DNA from: Blepharisma stoltei ATCC 30299
Lineage: Eukaryota > Protista > Ciliophora
Length of the DNA: 64,000 nucleotides
NCBI GenBank assembly: GCA_965603825.1
Contig: CBFDEM010000051.1
Location: forward strand, 496,001-560,000
Direction of reading: 5' to 3'
The position numbers and the translations under genes are program-made. This document shows positions 11,489-24,021 of this stretch, piece by piece. The notes beneath the pieces are model-generated. The model did no database searches, was not told the origin of the DNA, and worked only from the letters and a program-made list of their open reading frames with translations. Position 1 is the first letter of the stretch. Each line of letters starts with the position of its first letter.

Positions 11489-14400
11489 TTATAAAGTATG
11501 TTCAGAAATATCTTGATTTCCAGTCTGAAATTCAGAAGCAGCCGAATTTTCACCAGGATATTCAACTTCTGAAAACTGAGGCGTGATACTAATAGAACTC
11601 GTATCTTTTTCCCTCCTCTTTTTTGTTCAATTTTTTCAGCTTCTAAATACACTTCTAGCATATATCATTGCAAAGAATAAATTTGTTTTGCCTTTGCCCT
11701 TCAATTGATTATTCTATATAAATTTTACTCTAAATTCTGAATTGAACCCTGTACTTATTTTATCTCTAATTATCTGAAGCTTTTTAATGGTAGTGTTTTC
11801 TTCTTTTCTTATCAATTTCTGTGATTTTTTGTCTAAATGTTTAACTAAGCCAATTGCGTGCTTTCTTTTAAGGACTGCAAAAAGCATATCATTATAATAT
11901 ATGTATCCTTCAGAATCTATATGAATATTCATAATTGACAACAGTTTAATAACTTTCTCATGTGGGGTATCCAATGGGACTCCTAAATCTTCGCCTAAGG
12001 AGTACATAAGCTCAACAATAAATTTGTAATGAATCCTTATTCCTTCACTTGCCACTGAATAAATTGCCCAAGCTTTTTTGAATTTCTTTACATCTTTATT
12101 GAAAATGATTACTCCACTTTTTGCATCATTGGCAAAATCTTGATAGTCTTGCAAAATTACCATCACAAAAACGTTAAGCATAACAAAAGTAGTCGCTGCT
12201 ATAAAAGTGCATCAATATATATAAGAAACCGTTTCCCCAGCTGACGAATTCGCACAATCAAACATGGCATCAGGTCAGTTTTCACCTGTTGAGTGTCTAA
12301 AGAGCTTAACTAAGGCCTTATCGAAATTATGCATGTTGCTATAATCATCGAACATAACCCCATTGTCAATAGAGTGATAAAGAAACACCCCAAGTATTGC
12401 ATAAATAATATAAATCAGCAGTAAAACTGATGAAACATTTAGAATTGAAGGTATTGAATAGGAAACCAAAGTGATCAACTCCTGAAGCGTTTTGAATTTC
12501 TTTACAAGTCTAATAATACGAGTCACCCTCAGAACCCTTACCGTTCTAATGACTTGTGGAGCCCTGCTCAAAACTGAACTCCCTGAAGAAATATAATAAG
12601 TCATGATTAAATCAATAATAGACGAAACTACAACAAAAAAATCAAACCTGTTCCATCTATCTCCAAAATAAGTCACTCCCATTCCGGTTATTTTTATGAT
12701 TCCTTCACCTATAAATACATAGGTGAACGCAGAATTTAAATTTTCCAGTACACTTGTCCATGTTTCAGAGGCTTGCTCATAGTAAAGGCACATCACAATG
12801 AAATTGAATATAATGCAAGTGCTTACAAATGCTTCAAAAGTCCAGTGCGCTTGCATTGTATAAAAAAATAATTGAAATTTATTTTCAGGCTTGTTTGATT
12901 TTTCTATTTGAGGCTTTGATTGGGAAATCAAGGTTTGGAGCTCGACTCATACCATCTGCTCTTTAGAAAGGATAAGTGAAGCTAAGGAGCTCTCATTTTT
13001 TTTAGCTTCAGTGAATTTTTCAAAGATGACACCAGCTAAAAGGTTGATGAAAAAAATTGATGATATGGTTAAATGGATTATGAAATATACAGCAGCACTT
13101 GGGAAATATCCTTGAATAGGAGCATGACCATCTTTATAGCCACTTATTGTTAGAAACATGTAATCCGGCCAATTTTCTTGGGTTGTCAATATAAATGAAG
13201 CTATCATAGCATCTGGGACGCTATCAAAATTGAAATTTGAGTTCACCCAATCATATCCTAAAGATTGGCAATCGTCTATGTTATCAATATTTCCGTTAGA
13301 GCATTTATACAATTTTCCACCAAATAGCGATACCCCTAGAATAGCAAAAATAAGCCAAACAAGTAAAATGACAATTGCTACATTAAAAACTCCTATAAGT
13401 GACTCTATCAAGGCGTTAATCATAATTTTCATTTGAATATTGTGGCTTATAATTCTCAGGGGTCTCAAAATTCTAAGCAGCCTTAGAACTTTAATCACAG
13501 GGACATTTAAATTTGTTAAAGCAAGATCAATAATTGATAGTGTCACTATCATAAAATCTAATTGACACCAGGAATCTCTAAGATAAGATCCTTTCGATAT
13601 CAGAAAACCCATTGAAATGCTTTTTATGACACCCTCTATACCAAAAAGTATTGTAAAAGCTATATCAAAATAATAAGAAATTACAACTCTTGTATCATCT
13701 TCAGAGTAGTCAAGCAGATAAGTATCCCAAATCAATTTTAGTGTGCTACCCATAATTACAAATAGTATAAAGCCTTCGAACTTTTGACTACTGGTCAATT
13801 TATATGCAGCCTTCCTCAAAAAGTTATTTTTTGAAAATACGAAAAAGCTTCTTTCACATTCAATTCCTTGATATAAAGTTTTAGTATCTTTTTTAGTACT
13901 CGCTGTATGCAAATCATCTAAGTAAACGTTTTCTTCACTACCACTATCGCTATCACTGTCACTTAAATCTTCAAGCATTTTTAGCCTTTTTTCTTTCTTT
14001 TTTCTTATCCTGGCTGTCATAGAAAAGATGCTGCTTCTCCTCTCACTTTTTGTTGAGATTGAATCAGTATCATCATCTTCGTCTTCATTTGAGAACATAT
14101 CAAGGACTAAAGCCAAAAATATGTTTAATAAAATCTCATTTCCTAATACTAGTCACCAAGCTGGAAATAGCACACCCGAATACCCATATGTTGATCTCAT
14201 GCATACATATTGTATATAATTTCAGCTCTCAGCAGTCATTATCTGAAAAATTGAAATAAAAGAAAAATAAAAATCATTGAAATTGTATTTATACTTAGAC
14301 TCTGTAAAATCAAGTTTTCCTGCAAATAGTTGGAGACCAATGATAGTAAAAATCAAAAGAAAAAGTAAAACAAAAATCATTAAATAAAAAAAATTTGCAA

Positions 14401-17400
14401 GGTTTTTTGATAATTTGTTGATTATATGGGTCATGGTCTGAAGATATCTAAAAAGCCTGACAACTCTGATAACTCTGAAAATTCTTAAAATTCTGATTGC
14501 CCATAATGCTTTAAACGAAGTTCCTGAGTCTGCTAGAAATAGATACTCAATTAAGCCTAAAACAGTTATAACACCATCAAAGATGTTCATTTTTTCTCTG
14601 CAATAGTCAGCAAACCCAAGGCCTAAAACTTTTATCCCCATTTCTGCAACAAAAATAATTGTAAAAACAGAATTCATTGTAGTGAGAGTTGACTCAGTAG
14701 ATGAATCAATGCCATAATGGTTGATTGATAAAACTATTGTATTCGTAGCCACGCATAAAATCATCACATAACTAAAGCATTTGCTTTTGGAAATCACTTT
14801 TAATGGATATGAAAACTTTTGTCATGTTCCTAAAGCACCTCGGCTTCATACCCTGTATTTCATGCTGTCCATTTTTTCTTTATATTCATTTGCTTTTATT
14901 CCATCATTCGAATTTATATCATATCCTGACCAGTCTCCAATAACATTATTTGTTATTTTGTCCTTCTCTTTCACTTTTTTGATTATTAAAGGGACTTCAA
15001 TTGAAGTCATATAAAATGCTATCTTGGCTCTGAATTTTGTGCATAAAAAATTAAAAACTTCAGGCTTGTCGCCTATGTTTCTATATCTGTCCAAAACATC
15101 TAAAACATTGTTATCTCATTTTTGAGTAAGACTTTCTAAATCACTCAATACGCTTTTTCCTCCTCTATAGACAAATGTATATTTTTTTGATAGGCTATGC
15201 TCATTTTGGGTATCTTCTCCATTCAAAACATCATAAATAGAATCTGATGAGATTTCGTTGTTTTCGTCAATATGAGCTTTAAGTTTTGTGGATTCAGGAA
15301 CATTTTTAAGTTTTTGCACTAAATCTTTTCGAATTTTTATATTTTTTACCTTTGTTAGCAGAGGTGTTAATGTTTTAGTTGAAGTAATTTTTGATAGGGT
15401 TCTTTTGGGTGTGTTTTGGAATAAAGATGTCATTCTTGATAGCAAACTCCCTTTGCGTGTCATAGAATCTTTAGGCTCATCACTTACAGAATGAGAGTTC
15501 ATCATGCTCAGCGTCATTTCTGCAGGTTTTCCTGGGTTTAGTAAATCGTCTTCAAAACTGTCAGCTGAGAATTTGTTTGGGTATTTCAAATTTCTTTTCT
15601 CGCTGAGAGGCTGCGAAGTGGTAAAGTTATGAGCGTCGAACGCAATTTTTGGAGAAGGCAAGCTGTCATTTTGGTCTTTAACTGCTGCATCTTTATTATT
15701 GATGTTATTTTCAAGTGAATTCATATCTAGAAAATCAGAAAAAGCATAATCCATAATTTTAGGCTTTGCTTGCTGAAAAATTCCGCTCATTTTGAGTTTT
15801 TTTGAATTTAGGATTATAATTTGATCCCCAGATCTTTTATTTCTATCCAAACGCGGAATTTCTTCTTTTTCCTCACGGTTGCCTTGAATTAAGCTATTTT
15901 CTGGGTCTGAATCAGATTTATCCATTTTTGATGGATTCCCTTCTTTATTTATTGCGTCATTTTCCGGAATTAAATTCTCCAATATCGAAGAATCAGCCGA
16001 TTCTTCATCCTCAATTACATCTTTCGATTTTTGTTTCAAACGGGCCTTTTCCATTTCTTTGGAAAAGTTTGAAAATAAAATGACTTCCATAAGGTTCAAG
16101 ACCAAAAAAGTCCCAATGAATATCAATGTAATAGAAAAAATAATTGCCATTGGCTGATTAAAAGCCTTTTCTTCAATCCTCATTATATCGCTCCAGCTTT
16201 CTTGGCTGATCGACGTAAAGCATTGTAAAAATCCCATCATGACATTATCAAAATTGATCATTCCATATTGAGGATTATTTAAGGTATTTACACATTCATA
16301 GCCTTGGCCACAGTCCATGCTTCCGCATGAAGTCATTCTGCTTAGCGGGTACTGCATAGCCCCAGATTCTAGGTTCATGCATTGATAGGTAAACATCCCA
16401 CTAAATAATTGGTTGCCGATTATGCCAAAAATCAATAGAACAAAAAACAATATAATGAAAATATTTGATAGTGGCAAAATTGACCCCAAAAGTGCTAAAA
16501 CAAGCACACGCAGACCCTTGAGCGAAGATATGCTTTTCAAAGGTCTTAGAATTCTAAGCGATCTAAGAGCACTTAAATTCACCCCAGAATTTGCATAGTT
16601 TGCAGCTCATGCAGTCACTAGAATAGTAAAATCAAGGATGTTCCAAGGATCTCTAATATACGAAGTTTTCTTGAAAATAAATCCATAAGCCAAAACTTTT
16701 AAAGCGAACTCTGCAGTGTAAACATATAAAAAAATCTGATCCATGATTGATAGATTTTGAGGCTGAGAACTAGCATTTGGGTCTTCAATTGATAAAACTA
16801 TCGCATTTGCAATAATAAAACATAAAATAATAGCATCAAAAGCTGGGTTACTCACAATATGATAGCAAAACTGAGAAACTCCACATTTTATCCTTAGTAA
16901 TGCTTTTCTTAATTCGAGAAGAGGGTAATTGTCATTTAATTCTTCAATTATTTCAAATTGAGTAAACTCTCTGATCTTTAAATAGCCCTTAAGTGCCTCT
17001 GAGGTATCAAAGCTGAGTGTTGATTGATTGTCTGTATAGCTAGACTTAAGACTTTTGATTGTGTTTCCAGCTGAGTATTTTTTACTGCTATTATCCATGT
17101 CTAATTGCAGTAGAAAGCTAGGATTCATAGCAGTTGTATGCAAATTATTTTTTCCAATAAAAGAGCTTCGGAAAGATTCATTTAGACTCGATTCAAAGAT
17201 CATTGGAGAGTAGTTTTGATCAAATGATTTGTTTTGGCCGTTTAGGGTAAAAGCATTATTTTCATAATCCTCTTGTTCTTCGATGTTGTTGGATTTATAG
17301 TGGTTTCTTCTGCTTTTTGCATCAGTGCATTCACTTGCGTTTGCTCAATCATCAGAGATGCTCTCATATCCTAGTCTAGAATTATAATTGGGCCAATACG

Positions 17401-17413
17401 ATTTTTCTTGCAT
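11489..17413 (-). CDS. Four-domain voltage-gated cation channel alpha subunit (Cav-like, EEEE ring), paralog 1, about 1969 aa, one 15-nt intron
   Basis: Four S4 segments (LRSLRILRPLK, IRILRIFRVIRVVR, LRLLRILRPLR, IRTVRVLRVTRIIR). Pore loops SQESW, TAESW, TQENW, TGENW. EF-hand-like C-tail. Single frame with TGA=Trp plus intron 11714-11728. Confidence 0.93.
11714..11728 (-). other. 15-nt spliceosomal intron GTAAAATTTATATAG
   Basis: GT-AG with A at -6. Removal skips an in-frame TAG and restores the C-tail shared with the paralogs. Confidence 0.9.
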
Positions 17414-17820
17414 ATTTATCAAAAATTATTGATAGGCAATATTTTGAATTTATGCTTATTGCTTTAGAGCAGTTGATTAAGCTCAGTCATATGGATTAAA
17501 TGCCTACATTACTTAAAAATTTAACTTTTAAGCAGTTTCAGAATGAAATAAAATAAAATTTAGTAAATTTATAAAAAATATTTGCATATATCAGAATTCA
17601 TATATTAAATAAATATATTTAATTTGGAAATTAAACAGTAAATATTAATTAACTCTTATGAAAATAAGAATTAAAAATATATACTTATTAAATAATGATT
17701 AAGTGATTTTCGAGGAATCACCTATATTTTAGATGTGACAACTCAATAAACTATTTTATAATAGCTAATTTTCATTTAAAAGCTTTAATAAACCTAAGAA
17801 TTAAACATGATAGTGTATGG

Positions 17821-20800
17821 CTATGTATTTATTTGGTCTTCAGATGCAACTGAGTTTTCACCTGGAAATTCAATCTCAGAAAATTGTGGTGTCACACTAA
17901 TTGACCCGTAATTTTTATTTTTTCTCCTTTTAATCCAATTTGCTCAGCTTCTGAACACTGTTCTTGCGTATATCATTGACATAATCAAATTATTTTTTTG
18001 TTTGCCATTGTTCTGATCCTTCTGAGTTAGTTTTCCCTTATTTTCTGTTGAATTTGTTTTTTGTTTTAATTTTTGTAGCTTCTTCGACGTTTTTAGCTCT
18101 TCTTTCCTCAATAACTTTTGAGAGTCAATATCAATATCCCTTTTGAGGAATTTTGAATATTTTCTTTTCATTACAGCAAATAACATATCATTATAGTATA
18201 CAAAACCCTCAAAATCTATATCTATTTGCATTATCAATAGTAGCTTAATGACTTTTCCGTAGGTATATTGATCAGATACACCCAAGTCATTCCCAAGTGC
18301 ATACATAAAATCGACTAAAAATTTATAGTGTATTTTCTTTCCCTGAGTCGACTCTGTATATGTTGCTCAGACTTTTTTGAATTTTTTTACATCTTTATTA
18401 AACATAATAACGCCACTTTGAGCGTCATTTGTAAAATCTTCATAATCTTGAAGAATCACCATAACAAATAAATTCAGCATAATAAACGTGGTCAATGAAA
18501 TAAAAGATATTCAATATATGTAAGAAACTGCCTTTCCTGCAGAGGATTTTGCACAATCATCCATTGACATTGCCCAACCTTCTCCAGTAGCATGGATGAA
18601 AAGCTTTAAAAGCGCTTTATCGAAATTGTTCATATTATTGTAAGAATCGAAATTTGTTCCATTATCTATTGAGTGAAATAAATACACACCTAAGATGGCA
18701 TAAATCACAAAAATCAATAGTAAAATGGCAGATACATTAAGTATTGATGGAATTGAGTAGGAAAGCAGAGTAATCAAATCTTGCATAGTCTTGAATTTTT
18801 TTATAAGGCGAATAATTTTTGTGACTCGTAGCACTCTTAATGCTCTGACTAATTGTGGCACCGTTGCCAATACTGAACCTTCTTGAGGAATCATACCAGA
18901 GAGGAAAAAATCCAAAATAGAAACAATGACTACAAAAAAATCAAAGCGATTTCATCTATCTTTAAAGTAAGATTTTCCAAGCGCAATTATTTTGATAGCC
19001 GCTTCAGAAATAAAAATGAAGGTAAAGCTCATGTTAAAAAGCTCAAGAAAATCCTGATATTTTTGCGGAGCTTGATCATAATACAAGCACATTAATATAA
19101 AATTGAGGATGATGCATGTAATTATAAATGCTTCAAAAATTCAATTGCTTTGGAATTTATAAAAAATTAGTCGGATTTTATTTTGCGGTTTATTTATAGT
19201 ATCAATTTCAGGCTTTGACTGTGTTATTAAAGATTGGATCTCAACCCATATCATTTGCTCTTTTGTTAAAAGAAGCGATCCTAATGAACTCTCATGCTGC
19301 TTAGCTTCAATAAATTTTTCAAAGACAACTCCAATGAGTAAGTTTATAAAAAAAATTGAACACATGCACATGTGAATAACAAAATAATAAGCTGCGTTAG
19401 GGTTATTGTTAGGATAAAGTGCATGGCCAGGCTTAGTTGTTGCACAAGTTAAATACATGTAATCTGATCAATCATCTTCAGACGTCAGTATAAATGATGC
19501 AACCATAGCTTCAAAGACGTTGTCAAAATTAAAGAAATATAAATCCCAAGTGTAGCCCATTTCTTCACATTTTTCTTGAGTAAATATTCAAGAAAACGAA
19601 CAAAAATAAAGCTTTCCAGCGAATAGAGAAACACCTAAAATCGAAAAAATTAATCAAAGAATTAGAATTGCGCTTGCTACATTGAGAACCCCTATTAAGG
19701 ACTCAATTAAAGCATTTATCATAATTTTCATTTGGACATTGTGTGTGATTATTCTTAAAGGACGCAAGATTCTTAGCAATCTCAAAACTTTTATCATTGG
19801 CCAGGAAAAATCTGTTAAAGCCAAGTCTGTGATCGATAATATAACAATGGCAAAATCCAATTGACATCAATGATTTCTTAAATATGACCCCTTAGAAATA
19901 ACAAACCCCATAGATATAGATTTTATAGCCATCTCAAGTCCAAAAATGCAAGTAAAAGCAATGTCTAAATTATTTGATATGGTTATTTTGATATTGTTGG
20001 GGTCCACATCAAATAAATAAGTATCCCATATTAGCTTTGCAGTGCTTAATGCTATCACGATCAAAGCACAGACTTCAAATGCATGATGATTTGACAAACG
20101 ATAACAAAACTTTCTCAATTTATTTTCTTTTGAAAAAATTCAAAAACTTCTGCTACATTCAATTTCAGCAAAATAAATCATGCTTTTTCTATTTATGCTA
20201 CTATTTTTCAAGTCTTCTAATGACTTGCCAGCTTCATCATTTTCATTTTCTTCAAAGTTCTTTTTAATGCTAGGCTGTATCTTTTGTCGAATTTTTTGTT
20301 TTTGGGAAGAAATAGATGTTTTGTGAGATAATCTAGTTGAATTAGCTTCTGAATTAAAATCATTATCTTCATTAGAAAATATGTCAAGAACTAAAGCTAA
20401 AGCAATACTTAATAAAATTTCATGCCCAACAATAAGCCAAATCACTGGAAAAAGAACGCCACTATAGCTATAGTCAGTTCTCATTGAATAAAGTTCTTGA
20501 TAATTCCAATTAGCCCCTGTCATGATTTGGAAAATCGAAAGAAATGAAAAATAAAGATCATTAAAGTTATAGCCAATATGTGCCTCATAAAATTCCATTT
20601 TTCCTGCAAATAGCTGAACACCAAGTATTGTAAAAATAATTAAAAAGAGACCTTGGAAAATGATGATATAAAAAAACATAGAAACATTGTGGGATAATTT
20701 ATCCATAATGTGGTTCATTGTTTCCATGTACCTGAATAATTTAACAACTCTGGTTACCCTGAAAATTCTAAATACGCGGATTGCTCATATAGCACTAAAT

Positions 20801-23700
20801 GCAGATTTTGAGCCAGATATATAAATAAACTCAATAAATGCCAAGATAGAAATCGCCCCATCAAACAAATTCATTTTTTCACGGCAATATCCTACTAGCC
20901 CCATTGCAATAATTTTTATTGCCATTTCTGCAATAAAGATTATTGTAAACATTGAATTGATTTCTGAAAGTGTGTTGTCAAGATTTTCATCGATCCCATA
21001 ATAGTTTATCGACAATACTGTAGTATTAAATATAATGCAAATAATCATAAAATAAATGAAAAATTTACTTTTTATAAATACCAATAGAGGATATTTAAAT
21101 TTTTCTCAGTTTCCCATAAATCCTGGTGTCCATATCATAAATGCCATGCTATCAATTTTTTCTCTATACTCATTAGCCTCAGAGTTTATATCAATATCAT
21201 ACCCTGATCAATCTCCTATAACATTATTTTTATCTAAATCATTTTGCTTCAGAAATTTTATAATTTTTGGGACATCAATCGTCATTTTATAAAATGCTTT
21301 ACTTTTTGATTGCTTTTTGCACAAATATTTAAAAATATCAGAAAAATCCCCTTTATGTTTGTATTTATTCAAAAAGTTTGCGATCTCATTTTCTCATTTT
21401 TGTGTAAGTTTTTCTATGTTAGTATAAATACTTTGGCTCCCTCTATATACAAATTTATAAGTTGGAAGTTTTGGCATCTTGTCAAATTCATTTTCTATAA
21501 TAAAATCCTGCAGGACATCTTCTATAGAGCTTGAGCTAATTTCATTATTTTCTTCTAAAAAAGCTTTAACCTTTGTATGCTCAGAAAGTTTTTTTAGTTT
21601 TCCTATTAAATCTTTCTGAATTTTTAAATTTTTTATTCTTGTAACTACTTGTGGAAGCTTATCTGATGAACTTTTGGTGCCAGAGCGTTTAAGATTAGAG
21701 CTAAATACAGTGGTTATCCTTGATATTAATGATGCCTTTTTTGCTAATTTTTCTTTGGTATCAATATTGATATCTTGGATAGAAATAGTATCGTTTTTGG
21801 TACGTGACTTTATTAAGAAATCTTCTTCGATATTTAATGATAATGAGCTTTGATCTACCAAATCAAAACTTTTATTCTCTTGAATTATAAGAGCGGAATC
21901 CTGCTTTTGTCTAAACTTGCTCATGCTTAAAGTCATTGACCCCAGGCTATCAGTTATCTCATACTTATTGAAAATTGGACTACTTTCAAATAAGTTTTCA
22001 GAAGAATCAATTAATTCATACATTTCGCTTGTATTTCTATTTCTTGAAGCAATTTCTGCCTTTTTAAAAATATCATGCATTTTTAGGCCTATCTTGTTTA
22101 ACTTTACAAATTTTTCATCAGTATTGTCTGAATTTTTTGATATAAGCTTACATTCATGATTTTCATATTGCAGTGAGGAGTTCTCATTATTAGATATATG
22201 TTTTTCGTATTTCTCTGAAGCTTCAGCATCTTCAAAAGAGTCACTTTGAGATATTAAATAATTTAACAGTGATAAATTTGCCGATTCATCTTCTTTTATG
22301 TCTTTTAATTTATGCTTCAGCCTAACCTTTTCCATTTCTTTTGAAAAATTTGAAAATAAAATCACTTCCATCATATTCAGCAACAAAAAATTCCCAAAAA
22401 ACATCAAAGATACAGAATACAGAATTGCAGCAAATTGGTTAAGCGTTCGTTCCCCATATTCCATTATTTCAGCCCAGCCTTCTTGATTTACTATTGTAAA
22501 GCTTTGTAGGACCCCAATTAAGACATTATCAAAATTTGTAAAGCCGAACTCAGGATTTGCTAAAGTTTGAACACAAACATTTCCTGATGGGCATGCCATT
22601 GTCCCGCAGACTGAATAGCCATCTATAAAGCTTTCACTATATTTGCCTGTTTCTAAATCCATACATTGGTATTTAAATAATCCTCCGAATAGTTGATATC
22701 CTATTATTGCGTATAATAAAAGCACAAAAAATAGGATTATCAATATGTTCGCTAAAGGGACAATAGAGCCTAAAAGTGCTAACACAAGCACTTTCAAACC
22801 TTTTAGAGATGAAATACTTTTTAATGGTCTGAGGACTCTTAGGCTTCGCAGAGCATTGAAATTTAAGCCTTGATTTGAATAAAATTTTGAAATATAAACA
22901 GTAAGGAGAATAAAAAAATCTAAAACATTTCATGCATCTCTGAGATATGCATTTTTGCAAAAAATAAATCCAAATGCAATAACTTTTAATGCAAATTCTG
23001 TTGTGTAAACATAAAAAAAAATATCTTCAAGAATTTCAAGGGATGGAGATTGAGCGGATTTGTTTGGGTCTTCGAGGGCCAACACTACTGTATTCATAAA
23101 AATAAAGCATAAAATTAAGATATCAAATATAGGATTTGTAACAATTTTATTGCAAAGCTGAACAAATGCACATCTTATGCGGAGTACGGCTTTTCGAAAT
23201 TCAAGCATTGGGAAATTGTCAAATTTTTCGTCAATCTCTTCAAATTCTGTTCACTCACGTATTCTTATGTATCCTCTTGCTAGTTCTGAGTCATCAAAAT
23301 CAATGGTTGGTTTATGCGATAAAAGTGATTTTACTGTTTGAAATTCTGGGACATTTGTATTCAGTTTTGAATGGTAATATCCATTCTCTATGCGGTCTTG
23401 AAAAAAAGAAGACAAGGCATTTGCTTTAGGATAGTCTTCATCTCAATTAATTGTCTGCAAAGTATTATTTAGCGACGTGTCTGATATCAAGCGCTGAGAT
23501 TTAACTTGGCTTGCAGTTGATTTATTTTTTGGAGAAATAGAAAAATTAAATCTCTCTGCAGACTTGCTAAAAAGGCTCTGATTAGGAATATTTGATTGAG
23601 AAGGTTCGGCCTGTCTTGTTTTGCTTAGATAGTTTTCAGAAAAATTTTCTGGATTCTCAGTATTAATCTGAGAAAATGATTTAGAAGGCTTCTGTAACAT
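17821..23700 (-). CDS. Four-domain voltage-gated cation channel, paralog 2 (atypical E-A-D-E ring), about 1955-1960 aa
   Basis: Colinear with paralogs 1 and 3 and continuous with TGA=Trp. Pore loops NQEGW, TGANW, SEDDW, TGEGW. Ends at TAG 17821-17823. Confidence 0.92.
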
Positions 23701-24021
23701 TAATTTTAAGAAAATAATATAGTTAGAATAAAACCATTGTTTGATTAAATAAAAATACCTCATATTTCAAATTGATTATGCTTTCTATTTTTTTATTCTA
23801 GTTTAAAATTCTTATTATTAAAATATCCCTAAAACTACTATGGAGATTTAATACTGATGGAAATAACTAGATCTTAAATGACTTAACTAATTCTGATTTC
23901 ACGAAAAAATGATTCTGAAAACAAGCATAATTTTATTATTACATATGAATTGGATATTTTTTGATTTACTTTCAATAAGATAACACTTTAATTCAACTTA
24001 TTTCAAAACGGATAATCCGTA

